DNA from: Candidatus Woesearchaeota archaeon
GTDB lineage: Archaea > Nanobdellota > Nanobdellia > Woesearchaeales > GW2011-AR9
NCBI GenBank assembly: GCA_043797205.1
Contig: JAZDQB010000028.1
Location: 4,144 to 68,143, forward strand
Length of the DNA: 64,000 nucleotides
Direction of reading: 5' to 3'
In this document: piece after piece, positions 48,085 through 58,156 of the stretch
How positions within the stretch are numbered: position 1 is the first letter of the stretch
How the letters are laid out: every line of letters begins with the position of its first letter
The notes under the pieces: model-generated
Told to the model about the DNA's origin: nothing
What the model saw: only the letters and a program-made list of their open reading frames with translations
Databases searched by the model: none
Translations under genes and position numbers: made by a program

Positions 48085-48798
48085 ATGGTCACCTTAACTT
48101 ACCAAGAACGCTTCCGGACGGAGAACGGGGTATTTGACAATACTACCGAAAGGAATCTGTTTGAACTGCAAAGTCGAGGATATTTCGACCAGTTGATCGG
48201 CCCCCATGAAGTAGGTAAGGAAAGTAACGTTTTTCTAGCTGAGAAAGGCCAAAAGAAGATTATCGTCAAGATTTATCGCGTGCAGAATTGCGACTTTAAA
48301 CGCATGTTTAATTATATCAAAAAAGATCCGCGCTATGATTTTCTCAAAAATAAACGTCGAGAAATCATTTATGCTTGGACTCAAAGGGAATACAAAAACC
48401 TTTACCGGGCCCAGGAAGCCCAAATCAATTCTCCCCGACCGATAGTATGGCGAGCTAATATACTTATAGAAGAAATGATTGGCACGGATCAGCCGGCCTT
48501 GACACTCAAAGATCAACCACCTCGGAATCCCGCTAAATTCTTTCAGGAAGTGCTCAAAAACATCGAAAAACTGTATCGAAGTGGAATAATTCATGGTGAT
48601 TTATCTGCCTTTAATATCCTTAATTTTAAGGAAAAACCGTACTTTATTGACTTCTCCCAAGCTACTTTGGTCAAGACACCTAATTCTTTAGAGTTATTGG
48701 AAAGAGACTTACGTAATGTGGTTCATTTCTTTAAAAAATTAGGAGTTAAAGCTGATTCAGAGGAAATATTTAAAAAACTGACCCAGGATAGAGAATAA
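48085..48798 (+). CDS. rio1: RIO1-family kinase
   Basis: GKESNVF, VKIYR, IHGDLSAFNIL and IDFSQ. Confidence 0.93.
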   Translation: MVTLTYQERFRTENGVFDNTTERNLFELQSRGYFDQLIGPHEVGKESNVFLAEKGQKKIIVKIYRVQNCDFKRMFNYIKKDPRYDFLKNKRREIIYAWTQREYKNLYRAQEAQINSPRPIVWRANILIEEMIGTDQPALTLKDQPPRNPAKFFQEVLKNIEKLYRSGIIHGDLSAFNILNFKEKPYFIDFSQATLVKTPNSLELLERDLRNVVHFFKKLGVKADSEEIFKKLTQDRE

Positions 48799-48800
48799 TC

Positions 48801-49403
48801 ATGACTAATTCCAACAGCAGCTTAATTGATTCAGTAGAAGATTCAAAGTTAGAAAGTTCTTCTAGCTCCGACTTTTCCTACGATTTAAGGATACCGCAAG
48901 AGAGAGTAGCAGTGCTTATCGGCAAGGACGGAGAAACTAAAAGCTTAATCGAAGAGCAAACCGGTTGCAAGCTAAACATTACTACGGACGGAGAAGTGAA
49001 CATCGCTGGAACGGACGGAATGCGTATGTACACCACTAAAGAGATAGTTAAGGCCGTAGCCCGCGGTTTTAATCCTAAGACTGCTCTTCTTTTACTTAAA
49101 ACTGATTATGCTTTAGAGATAATTGACTTGAAAGATGTGGCGGGAAAAAGCAAGAATGATTTAGAAAGAATCAAAGGAAGAGTAATTGGTAAGGGCGGCA
49201 AGTCTCGAGAAGAGTTGGAAAGATTAACTGACACTTACATTTCTGTTTATGGCAAGACTATTGGCATTATTGGAGAATTAAATCAAGTAGTGATGGCTCG
49301 GCAGGGAGTAGCCAAATTATTGGAAGGAGCTATGCACACTACTGTTTATCGTTTCTTAGAAAGAAAGAAAAAAGATCAATTGTTCGGCCAGCAACCGGTA
49401 TAA
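48801..49403 (+). CDS. KH-domain rRNA-processing protein Dim2/Pno1
   Basis: RVAVLIGKDG, ARGF and RIKGRVIGKGG. Confidence 0.92.
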   Translation: MTNSNSSLIDSVEDSKLESSSSSDFSYDLRIPQERVAVLIGKDGETKSLIEEQTGCKLNITTDGEVNIAGTDGMRMYTTKEIVKAVARGFNPKTALLLLKTDYALEIIDLKDVAGKSKNDLERIKGRVIGKGGKSREELERLTDTYISVYGKTIGIIGELNQVVMARQGVAKLLEGAMHTTVYRFLERKKKDQLFGQQPV

Positions 49404-49418
49404 TTTTCTAGTTTGTAC

Positions 49419-49670
49419 TTGTTTAGCATCCTCCGGTCAACGCTACTCTTATTTCACTTCCGGCAGACAAGAGGGTTGCCTCCCAAACTTTAACTAAAGT
49501 TTGAACAAAGGTAATGGGACATAAAGTCCCATATCGCGACCCGCTGTGTACTAGCAAGGTCGCGCTTGAGGGCTTCATGCCCTCAGTTGCATACCAGATG
49601 TGCATAACCATCTGACGGAGAACGTCTGCTCTCGAGGAAAACATTCAACAGCGTTGAAGATGCTAAACAA
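49419..49670. ncRNA. Unassigned ~250-nt multi-branched structured element
   Basis: 12-bp perfect closing stem TTGTTTAGCATC/GATGCTAAACAA plus at least seven internal helices. Confidence 0.6.
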
Positions 49671-49759
49671 ATAATTTGGTATTAATCCCTTTTCTTAGAA
49701 AAATTTAGCCTCCTGCCTTACCAACAAAAATTAAAAAGAAAAAATAAAGCCTTAAAGGC

Positions 49760-52315
49760 TTATTCAACTACTGGGGTTTCTGCAACTACCGGAGCAGCTA
49801 CAACTACTGGAGCAGGGGCACCAACCTTAGCATCAGTGTAAGTAGTTCCTTCCACTTCAACTTCAGTTCCCTTCATTTCTTTCCATCTGTTGGCTACAAC
49901 CTTACCAGCCAGTCTAGTGTCTTCACCAGTGTAACCAGCTACTAACATCGCTACGCTAGCACCGTTCTCGAACAACTTAACTTGAGCTTTACCAGCAGTA
50001 AATCCGTCTGCACAGGAAGCCGGGTTGCCTAACAAGCTCGCTGCAACCGTGTTCACACAAGGTCCACCCACTACAATCAAATTCTGCGCCTTGAAGTCAG
50101 CTACTTCGCTGTCCAACTTAGTGGCATCCACAATGGCTACCGGAGTCCAGGTTCCGCCCGTACTGGTAGCACTAGTTACTGCACCACTAGTTACGTACAC
50201 TTGAGGCAAGATTTGCTCTTCTGGATAGTTATAAGTAAACTCATCCGGACTTGAAGTGGGCTCGTTGAGAGTTATCTTTCCGCCTTGGACAGTATAACCA
50301 TAACCCACGTCGTTCATTCCTTCTGGTGTTACCAAAGTATAACCTGATTGAGCAGCTCTAACTTCGGTATCGGAGTTAACTGAAATGGTTAACACTATTG
50401 GGTCTGCGTTCAAGTTGTCGTAGTCAGTATCACTAGGCGTATCTATTGAAAGCACAACAGATCCGGCATTAGCAACAACACCGTTAGTTCCGGTGTTATC
50501 AATTACAGCTATTCTTCCACCGTAGTAGTCTCTAATACCAACTAAATCAGGACCAGTAACGTCATTATCTCCATCCAAATCAACCTGTATGGTCCAGTCG
50601 TCTGTGGCATCAGCAGCGGTTACGTTTTGTACTATAAACGAATAACCACCTAACTTGATGGTTGCTCTGGGGTTAGAGGTTGCTGCGCTATACTCTAAGG
50701 TCTCACCATTACCGATGTTCTTGAACTTTAACTTAGCATCGCTCTTGTCGGTATCATCTGAACCTTTGAACTGTAACAAGAAGGACTTTTCTTCTCCCTG
50801 TCCACCAGTAGCAGAACCGTCGGTCAAAACAAAGTAATCGTTTTTCTCAATAGTCTTAGACTCGTTTAAGATTACTTTCTTATCATCCGACTCTTCTCCT
50901 AACGTCATGTTATAAGAAGAGGTGTTAGCAAAAAGCTCAGAATAAGCTACAGGCATATCAACCTTGTCGTTGCTACCATCATACCAAGTCAACATATATC
51001 TTCTGTCAGTACTGGAAGATAACTTAAGATCATGAGTGGTTTCAACAGTCAATCCCTTATATTCAATGTCCCAGTTACCGGTGAACAATACTTCTGACTC
51101 ATCTCCCTCAGCTTCGATGATATCACTTAACTTAGCGTTGGCAGGTACAAAGTAGTCATCTTCTGCTGTCATGTTCAACTCGATAGTGTTTAACCTAAAA
51201 GTAGAGTTGTCATCAGTTCCTGTAATGATTACATTAGCACCATCAATAGAATCTGAACCAACTACTAGTTCATGAGATGAAGTACCAGTGATGATACTAT
51301 CATCTCTCAATTCTAGCTTATTAGCTCCCAAGAAGAAAGTGGCAGAGTGTACTCCTCCCGCATAAGCTTGGTACAAAATTTCGGAGACACCTACTTCTTT
51401 GCTATCGGATAATTTTTTAGTCTGTCCAACCTGCATCTTGTCGGTACCTTCACCATTTACTACAAACTTAACCTCATCCTCGTCAACATAGACCAACTTA
51501 ACCTTATATTCCTTTCCAGATAAAGTGTAAGTCTTTTCTTCACCTTCTAAGATAGTATCACTAGTAGCTCCGCCCATTAAAATTAATTTAACACTATCTT
51601 CTCTTGCTGCAAGAGGTCTTGTGGCCAAGACAATAGTATATTCCTTACCCAATAAATTAATCTTAGTCGAATCTAAGTCACTCAAATACTGACCGGTAGA
51701 GGAAGCAGTTCCAGACAAGTCTGAAGCAACGTCACTTTCAACCGGAGAAGTGAACTCTAACTTATATTTAGCAATCTGACTACCTGAAGTAAAAGTTAAG
51801 AAATCTGCAGTTACTTCATTATCATCTTCAGCGAATCTTACCACTCTACTTGTAGCTGAGCTATCAAGATCAAAATATAGATATTGGTTATAACTATAAT
51901 CTTTTTCGCCAGTAGCGTAAGTTCCGCTAGTTAAAGCAATAAGCTCATCTTCACTAATATAAGTCACAATATCTGTAAAGGTCTCATTATTAGGGGTAGT
52001 AGTCTCACTAGGAGTCATCTCCAATGCCTTAGCAGAAGTTCCAACCATCCATGCATCTCCTTCTACTGTAGTCGTAGCCGTTTCACCTGCTTTCAGGTAT
52101 TTCATACCGGCAGCGATATCGGTCATAGCTAAATTATCCACCGCAGCAGCATTCTCTCCAACGACTAAATAACCGTTAAAGGTTCCGTTCTTAACGAACA
52201 TAGCTGGGTAGTCTTTTAAATCTACTGCAGCTAAAGCGCCCATGGCCGTGGCCCCGAGCATTAACGCACCGGTTCCGATCGCGAACAAGCGCTTAGTTAC
52301 TTTTTTTATTTCCAT
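49760..52315 (-). CDS. S-layer protein
   Basis: GATAMGALA signal, LVVGENAAAVD, KLDSEV..NLIVVGGPCVN and LVAGY..DTR; acidic; GGAGGTG SD. Confidence 0.9.
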   Translation of the reverse strand: MEIKKVTKRLFAIGTGALMLGATAMGALAAVDLKDYPAMFVKNGTFNGYLVVGENAAAVDNLAMTDIAAGMKYLKAGETATTTVEGDAWMVGTSAKALEMTPSETTTPNNETFTDIVTYISEDELIALTSGTYATGEKDYSYNQYLYFDLDSSATSRVVRFAEDDNEVTADFLTFTSGSQIAKYKLEFTSPVESDVASDLSGTASSTGQYLSDLDSTKINLLGKEYTIVLATRPLAAREDSVKLILMGGATSDTILEGEEKTYTLSGKEYKVKLVYVDEDEVKFVVNGEGTDKMQVGQTKKLSDSKEVGVSEILYQAYAGGVHSATFFLGANKLELRDDSIITGTSSHELVVGSDSIDGANVIITGTDDNSTFRLNTIELNMTAEDDYFVPANAKLSDIIEAEGDESEVLFTGNWDIEYKGLTVETTHDLKLSSSTDRRYMLTWYDGSNDKVDMPVAYSELFANTSSYNMTLGEESDDKKVILNESKTIEKNDYFVLTDGSATGGQGEEKSFLLQFKGSDDTDKSDAKLKFKNIGNGETLEYSAATSNPRATIKLGGYSFIVQNVTAADATDDWTIQVDLDGDNDVTGPDLVGIRDYYGGRIAVIDNTGTNGVVANAGSVVLSIDTPSDTDYDNLNADPIVLTISVNSDTEVRAAQSGYTLVTPEGMNDVGYGYTVQGGKITLNEPTSSPDEFTYNYPEEQILPQVYVTSGAVTSATSTGGTWTPVAIVDATKLDSEVADFKAQNLIVVGGPCVNTVAASLLGNPASCADGFTAGKAQVKLFENGASVAMLVAGYTGEDTRLAGKVVANRWKEMKGTEVEVEGTTYTDAKVGAPAPVVVAAPVVAETPVVE

Positions 52316-52792
52316 TCTAAAACACACCTCCGTGTTTGAATATTAGTCAGCCGGTCCTTTCCCTTTTCCAGCCGTCACAAAAATTCCGAAAGAGGCACCA
52401 TTCTTACCGATACTTCTTTTCGATTTTGGAGACGACCGTCCGGGTCAGATTCTCAACTGTAACCTTAGTTTTAGGAGGTAGCTTTTATAAAGCTTTCGCA
52501 AACCAAACGGTTTCTCCTCGCACTTTTGAGGCAATACGGGCTAATTCGCCAAAATTTGCGACAAATAGCCGTTCACTATCTGATAATAATAAAACTAAGA
52601 AACAGAACTTAGTTCTAACTTTCGTTAAATGCAATCCGGGCTTTCGACGTATTAGAAATACGCTTAACTACCATAAAAAAGTAACAAAAATAAGTGCATT
52701 TAACGCAAATTCGGTTTAAAGTGACAACAAAAATAAAGCAGAAGCCTGCTGAACCACAAAAGATATAAAAACCAGTAAATCTACTTAATTTT

Positions 52793-53443
52793 ATGCAATT
52801 TTCCCAACTGTCCTTGCCTGAATTTTTCCAGAAATATTATACTAAATTTCCCCTTCTGACTCCGGTGCAAGAAAAGGCCGTTCAAGCGGGCTTATTAAAC
52901 AATACTTCCTTATTGGTATGCGCTCCTACCGCTTCTGGAAAGACCCTCATTGCGACCATGGGGATAGCCCAACACCTTGAACAAGGGCACAAAACTATCT
53001 ATCTAGTCCCGCTCAAAGCTTTAGCCAACGAAAAATTCAAAGAATTCCAACAATTACTGGCTTCCACTCCCTACAAAACGGTAATTTCTACCGGGGAGAT
53101 GGATTCTGAGTCCAATTACCTGGCTAAATATGACCTTTTGATCCTGACTACAGAAAAGCTCGATTCCCTCTTAAGACACCGCGTGAGTTGGCTAGAGCAA
53201 GTTAAATTGGTAGTAGTGGATGAAATCCATCTTTTGAACGATGCCAGTCGGGGACCTACCTTAGAAATCATCTTAACCCTCCTCAAATCCCTAATTAGGC
53301 CGCAATTGATCGGTTTAAGTGCTACCATTGGCAACCCGCAGGAGTTAGCGCAGTGGTTAGGAGCAGAATTGGTGCAGGATTCCTGGCGACCGGTAGAATT
53401 AAAGCAAGGAATTCGAGTGAAGGATGAAACAGAGTTTTATTAA
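52793..53443 (+). CDS. Stand-alone N-terminal domain of a Hel308/Ski2-like DExH helicase
   Basis: PTASGKT, PLKALA, DEIH, SAT and WRPV; stops at 216 aa. Confidence 0.8.
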   Translation: MQFSQLSLPEFFQKYYTKFPLLTPVQEKAVQAGLLNNTSLLVCAPTASGKTLIATMGIAQHLEQGHKTIYLVPLKALANEKFKEFQQLLASTPYKTVISTGEMDSESNYLAKYDLLILTTEKLDSLLRHRVSWLEQVKLVVVDEIHLLNDASRGPTLEIILTLLKSLIRPQLIGLSATIGNPQELAQWLGAELVQDSWRPVELKQGIRVKDETEFY

Positions 53444-54639
53444 TCTCTAAGCAACAACTTTATCTTTTCTATCCTTTCCTTCAGCCCTTCCTTAACATAA
53501 TCTAACTCCAACGCTCGTTGATAACAACGTAAAGCTAGCTCCAGATGCAACTGTTTTTCATGAAGTACGCCTAAATTATAATACGTCCGAGGGTTTTGGG
53601 GAGAAAGTTGTAACGCCTTGGAAAGCTCCGCTTGAGCTTTATCATAAAACCCTTGTTTCTCATAAATCGCCCCCAAGTTAACATAAGCGTCAAGAGAAGA
53701 GGGATTAAGTTGAATTACCTTCTTAAAATAATTTGCTGCTTGAATCAAATCCAGTTCACAAAAGAAACACATCCCTAACCCAAAGAGAACCTCAGAAGCA
53801 ATAAACATTGGAAGTGGTTTTTCCAAGAGCGAAAGATAATTTTTCTTCGCTTCTTTATAATTATTCTGTCTTTGCTGGACTAGAGCTAGGTTTAATCGAG
53901 GTTCAACAGGAAGAGGGTTAAGCTCTACTGATAGTTTCAACTCTTTTTCAGCCAGATTGTTCTCCTCTTTCTCTTTATATTGCACCCCAAGCTCAAAGTG
54001 AGCTTTAGCATCATTAGGATTTTCTTCTACCTTTTTGATTAAAAGTCGTAAATACTCCTTTTTTTTCCCCTCAGAATCTTTCAGTTCACCATAATGGTGG
54101 ATTGCTACCAGAAGAAGAGGAAAATCCAATTTTTCCTCAGTGTCAAACTTAATCATTTCATGGATCCTTCCAATAAAATAAAAATTCTTCTTGTTACGGA
54201 AGAGCCGTATTTTTACTGAAGGATACCACCCCGGAAAATTAAATGTATATTTACCTGGAGAGCAGGACTGCCATCCACTGAGGGAAGAGTTAAGGGAATA
54301 ATTTTTAGTAAGAATTGAATATCCCCCTACTTCAGCATTAGAGATTGCTTCTTTTATTTTTAAGTATTCTTCTTTTGTAACCAGCTCGTCCGCATCTAAA
54401 ATTAAAATCCAATCTTTAGTAGCATGCTTTAAAGACTCATTTCTAGCTGCAGAGAAGTCATCGCACCATTGAAAATCAAAGATCTTCTCTGTAAATTTAG
54501 AAGCAATTTCTTTAGTTTTATCAATGCTTCCGGTATCCACAATAATAATCTCATCTACTAAATTTTTTACTGAATTTAGACATTGTTCTAGGAACTGCTC
54601 TTCGTTTTTCACGATCATGCATAAAGAGAGGGTGGTCAT
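53440..54639 (-). CDS. GT2 glycosyltransferase with TPR repeats
   Basis: SLCMIVKNEE, DTGS.D, DFSAARN, LDADE and GRIHE; C-terminal TPRs. Confidence 0.92.
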   Translation of the reverse strand: MTTLSLCMIVKNEEQFLEQCLNSVKNLVDEIIIVDTGSIDKTKEIASKFTEKIFDFQWCDDFSAARNESLKHATKDWILILDADELVTKEEYLKIKEAISNAEVGGYSILTKNYSLNSSLSGWQSCSPGKYTFNFPGWYPSVKIRLFRNKKNFYFIGRIHEMIKFDTEEKLDFPLLLVAIHHYGELKDSEGKKKEYLRLLIKKVEENPNDAKAHFELGVQYKEKEENNLAEKELKLSVELNPLPVEPRLNLALVQQRQNNYKEAKKNYLSLLEKPLPMFIASEVLFGLGMCFFCELDLIQAANYFKKVIQLNPSSLDAYVNLGAIYEKQGFYDKAQAELSKALQLSPQNPRTYYNLGVLHEKQLHLELALRCYQRALELDYVKEGLKERIEKIKLLLRD

Positions 54640-54659
54640 TAAGAGTACCTGCTTAACTT

Positions 54660-55877
54660 CTAGGTAGAAGAATAGTTTATAATCATTTCCCGTATTTCTT
54701 TAAACTTTTGTACAGAATAGTTGGATTTGTATTCTCCACTTAATTTTCTCATCCTTTCCACTTCAACCTTTACTCCCCTTTCTTCCAATTCTTCCTTCAT
54801 CCGACACAAACATTCTAAGAACTGAGTAATGTTAGTAGGTTTCTCCGTTTCTTTGCAACGTTCAAAATCTATCAACACTGGCTCCCCAAAATTGGTAATC
54901 AAAATATGTTTGTAAGGATGATGCAACTCTTCCTTGTTCACTTTCAATTGATCTAAGCGGAAGAGTTGTTTCAAGATTTTGATTATTACTTCTCTAATCT
55001 CTCCCTTACCCTTATCCTTCAACCATTCCCCCCAACGTTCTCCTTCCACTAATTCCATTACCAAATAGTTAGTTCCGGAAAAATATAATTTGGGTCCAAT
55101 ACCTTCCCGATTCAATCTTTCTAACCATTTGACCTCGTTTTCCATTCGACTAAGAGCAGTGCTGCGGGGATTTTCCATTTTGATTGCTACTTTCAGCAAT
55201 TTTTCTTGGGCAAAATGTGATTTTACTTGATTTTGCGTTTTCCAAACTCCGGAATATACTACTCCTCTTTTTCCCTTAGCTAAATAATGTACTTGTGCGA
55301 TTCCTTTTCGTTCCAACTCCCGCAGCAATTCGCTTTTTTCAATCAGATAAACAAACAACTCTTCAAAGAAAGGGAACTTTTTGCTTTCCAATTCTTTAAA
55401 CTGCAATAAATTATGCTGCAGAATTTCTTCAATCTTCTCTTTGTTGGTGTAAGAAGAAAACAAAAAGAGAATTTTTCCTTTCGCTGCCAGATATTTTGAT
55501 ACTTGGTTAAAGAAACGTGCGGAAATTTCCCATCCTTTCTTCCCCCCATACAAAGCAGGATCTTCGATTCCGGGGTCTTGCGGCAGATAAGGTGGATTAA
55601 AGATAATAGTATCAAATTGGCCGGATACATTTTGGAAAAGGTCACCCACTCTAGCGGTAATTTTGCGCCGGTTTTCTTTCTGAATTTCTGAGTTTAAGGT
55701 TTTTATCACTTCTTCATTAATATCAATGGCTAGAATCTCTTTCATATCCTTATTTTCTGCTGCTGTAAGTGCTTGAATTCCCGAACCCGTTCCTACATCT
55801 AAGACTCTTCCTGAAGCTAATTCTCTCACCCACTTTTGTAAAAGGTAAGAATCTTCTTGTGGTTCGTAAATGTCCAT
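54660..55877 (-). CDS. HemK2/MTQ2-like methyltransferase fused to a protein-kinase-like domain
   Basis: IYEPQEDSYLL, DVGTGSG and FNPPY; then AKGKRGVVY, VAIK and LIDFE. Confidence 0.85.
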   Translation of the reverse strand: MDIYEPQEDSYLLQKWVRELASGRVLDVGTGSGIQALTAAENKDMKEILAIDINEEVIKTLNSEIQKENRRKITARVGDLFQNVSGQFDTIIFNPPYLPQDPGIEDPALYGGKKGWEISARFFNQVSKYLAAKGKILFLFSSYTNKEKIEEILQHNLLQFKELESKKFPFFEELFVYLIEKSELLRELERKGIAQVHYLAKGKRGVVYSGVWKTQNQVKSHFAQEKLLKVAIKMENPRSTALSRMENEVKWLERLNREGIGPKLYFSGTNYLVMELVEGERWGEWLKDKGKGEIREVIIKILKQLFRLDQLKVNKEELHHPYKHILITNFGEPVLIDFERCKETEKPTNITQFLECLCRMKEELEERGVKVEVERMRKLSGEYKSNYSVQKFKEIREMIINYSST

Positions 55878-55998
55878 AAATTAAGAAAAAGTAAGGGGTA
55901 ATAAAAAACTATTGATGTTTCTTCAGTAAATTACAGAAGTAAAATACTTTTTCATTCTTGTTCTAATTCTTGCTAAATATTGATAAAATAAAAAGAGA

Positions 55999-56280
55999 TT
56001 ATAGATATATTCTTTCTTCTTTCCCGATTTTAACATCCATTGCCCGAAGTTTTGCTTGAAGTCCTAAAGGAGTGTTATGCCCAATTCCGCATCCGCCCAC
56101 TGCGCCTTCTGGTACTCCTTCATTATTTCCTAAATAACCACCTTCTTTAAGAGTTCCAGCAATGTCCATCCGAACAGGACCAAACCCCAATCCTTTTGTA
56201 ACAGTTTCCTCAATAAGACGTTGCAAAACAGTAGTAGGTACGGCCGGAACTCTTTCCTGATAAGTTATGTTGTATTCCAT
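55999..56280 (-). CDS. Hypothetical protein
   Basis: ORF with GGGG SD-like sequence before MEYNI. Confidence 0.5.
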   Translation of the reverse strand: MEYNITYQERVPAVPTTVLQRLIEETVTKGLGFGPVRMDIAGTLKEGGYLGNNEGVPEGAVGGCGIGHNTPLGLQAKLRAMDVKIGKEERIYL

Positions 56281-56498
56281 TTTTAAACCCCTTATTTTCA
56301 ATCTTTATGACTATTCCTACTAAAAACAGTACTTATATTTAAACTTTTCCATAAATTCACCACTTAATAATAGTAAACCGGGTCGCTGGCCTCGCCGCTT
56401 CCTAATTGTAATATTAAAAAACGTAACCAACTATTTTATTAAAACTTAATTAGCTCAGCAGGCACTAATTAACCTTACCTAAAAAATTTTAATCAAGG

Positions 56499-57836
56499 TT
56501 ATTGCTCTAATCCTCTCCGCGTAGCCAATAACTGATTAGTCTGCTCTAGATTCAGAATTAATTCTAAAAAATACTTCTCGCGCTCTTCAGCATTCCGGAC
56601 TACGCTGCGCACCGCTTGCACTAATTCTTGAATTTCATTATTTCGGTCCAACAGCACCGCACAAATTTTACTCTGCGACGGCTTTTTCAAACGTTCCCAT
56701 TCTCGGCGCATATTCAAACGATACATCTCTTCTAATCTCAACACTGCTTCACGGAAATCATTCTCGTCTGCCTTCTGTTTTGCTCCTTTGGCCAGATCTT
56801 CCATGGTAGCGAAGAATTCAAACACAAATTCAGGAACATCGGAAGGCAAAAGAGTATTTTCCAATTCCTTACTGCTGCGGTTGAAATAACCGTTAAGATT
56901 AAGTAAAGAAGATCTTAAAGCATCTCGCTGAGAAAGGGGAATGATCAGATTGAAAGCCCGGGTTTGAAAGGTGACAAAAATTTCTGCCAATTCCTCTTTA
57001 GCCGCTTCTAACTGTTCGGGAGAATAAACTACGTTTGCTTCCATCAGACGGAAAATCGCTTGGGCTGTTTCCATCAACCCCCCTTCTAAACGAGTAAGAG
57101 CATTCTGACGTGATTGTAATAGTTCTACTTCTACCTCTAAAGAAGCATTACTCTCTTCATAGTAAGCTTCTATCTCCGGAACAATCCCGGCTTTCCAGAA
57201 CAAAAATCCTTTTCCCAATAGATTCTTAATACTATTTTGCAATCCTTGCACTAGTTCTGTTCCGTTAACTCCTTCTTTGAATTGTGCCGATTCGTTTTTA
57301 GTCAAAGTGTTGGTTAAAAAATCTTTCAACCTCTGCAGGGAATTATTGTAAGCCAAAACATCTTGCCGCTCTTCTTCCGGTAAATGCTGTTCGACTAATT
57401 TAGTATGCTCATAGCGACCGATCAACATCCCAAAGTTAGGATCCAACAGTTCTTGTTCCAAAGTACGGATAGCTAGAGGAAAATTTCCTTCCTGCAAGTA
57501 AGAAGAAATTTTATTCAGAAAACTTTCGATTTGATATTTGTTTAAGAAAGGTAAAGAATTCTTTAAGCGCTGCGCATTCTCTCGTTCTTTAGTTAAATTA
57601 ATGTAATCTAATGCTGAACGTTCTAAAGCCGCTAGACGCTGCGAGATCTCTTTTTCCATTTGCAGCGACTTGTTTAAATTATTATTAGTATTTTCTTTCT
57701 TTTGTACCGCAGATAAAGAATTATTAGCATTACTATTAATCAGCTGGATGGTAGCCAGAGCTTCTTTCAGCCAGAGCATCTGTTTCTGTTCCAATTCTGA
57801 GATTCCAATTACCGGAGTATTAAACACTTTAACCAT
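56499..57836 (-). CDS. Hypothetical helical/coiled-coil protein
   Basis: 445-aa ORF rich in E/L/N/Q. Confidence 0.65.
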   Translation of the reverse strand: MVKVFNTPVIGISELEQKQMLWLKEALATIQLINSNANNSLSAVQKKENTNNNLNKSLQMEKEISQRLAALERSALDYINLTKERENAQRLKNSLPFLNKYQIESFLNKISSYLQEGNFPLAIRTLEQELLDPNFGMLIGRYEHTKLVEQHLPEEERQDVLAYNNSLQRLKDFLTNTLTKNESAQFKEGVNGTELVQGLQNSIKNLLGKGFLFWKAGIVPEIEAYYEESNASLEVEVELLQSRQNALTRLEGGLMETAQAIFRLMEANVVYSPEQLEAAKEELAEIFVTFQTRAFNLIIPLSQRDALRSSLLNLNGYFNRSSKELENTLLPSDVPEFVFEFFATMEDLAKGAKQKADENDFREAVLRLEEMYRLNMRREWERLKKPSQSKICAVLLDRNNEIQELVQAVRSVVRNAEEREKYFLELILNLEQTNQLLATRRGLEQ

Positions 57837-57976
57837 ATGACCCTCTTTTCATTTGAGGAGAAAGACGTATTTAAACATTTATATCGTTGAGTCGTATATT
57901 GTTAAATATATGATTTTCATATATAACGATTACTCTCGAAACGTTTTTAAATAAAGTTCTAAAATAGGTTTAAGGT

Positions 57977-58136
57977 GGGCCCATGGTCTAGCGGTTATCT
58001 TCCTAAGGAAGACTGCATATGATGTCTCCCTTACATGCACAGCTTAGCTGGGCGACCAGCACCGCAGTGCTGAGTACGGAGAATGTCCCCGGTTCGAAAC
58101 GCAGCAATAACTGCCACGAAAGTCCGGGTGGGCCCA
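57977..58136 (+). tRNA. tRNA-Val(TAC) with three introns (57997-58018, 58036-58076, 58099-58122)
   Basis: Removing three BHB-bounded inserts gives GGGCCCATGGTCTAGCGGTTATGATGTCTCCCTTACACGGAGAATGTCCCCGGTTCGAATCCGGGTGGGCCCA. Confidence 0.92.
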
Positions 58137-58156
58137 TTCATTTTTCTTTAATATAA

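Noticed and set aside
49423..49644. 73-aa ORF; identification of the element as RNase P or SRP RNA
   Set aside because: The ORF has no SD or motif and coincides with the structured element. GAGGAAAAC lies at the wrong end for P4, and no helix-8 CAGG/AGCA loop was found.
52336..52719. 127-aa plus-strand ORF
   Set aside because: It overlaps the S-layer promoter and leader, has a TTG start and atypical composition.
56376..56472. Short GC-rich patch and TTAATTAG/CTAATTAA hairpin
   Set aside because: Too short to support an RNA call; it may be a terminator or chance.
57880..57935. AT-rich palindromes upstream of tRNA-Val
   Set aside because: Low complexity; cannot be distinguished from chance.
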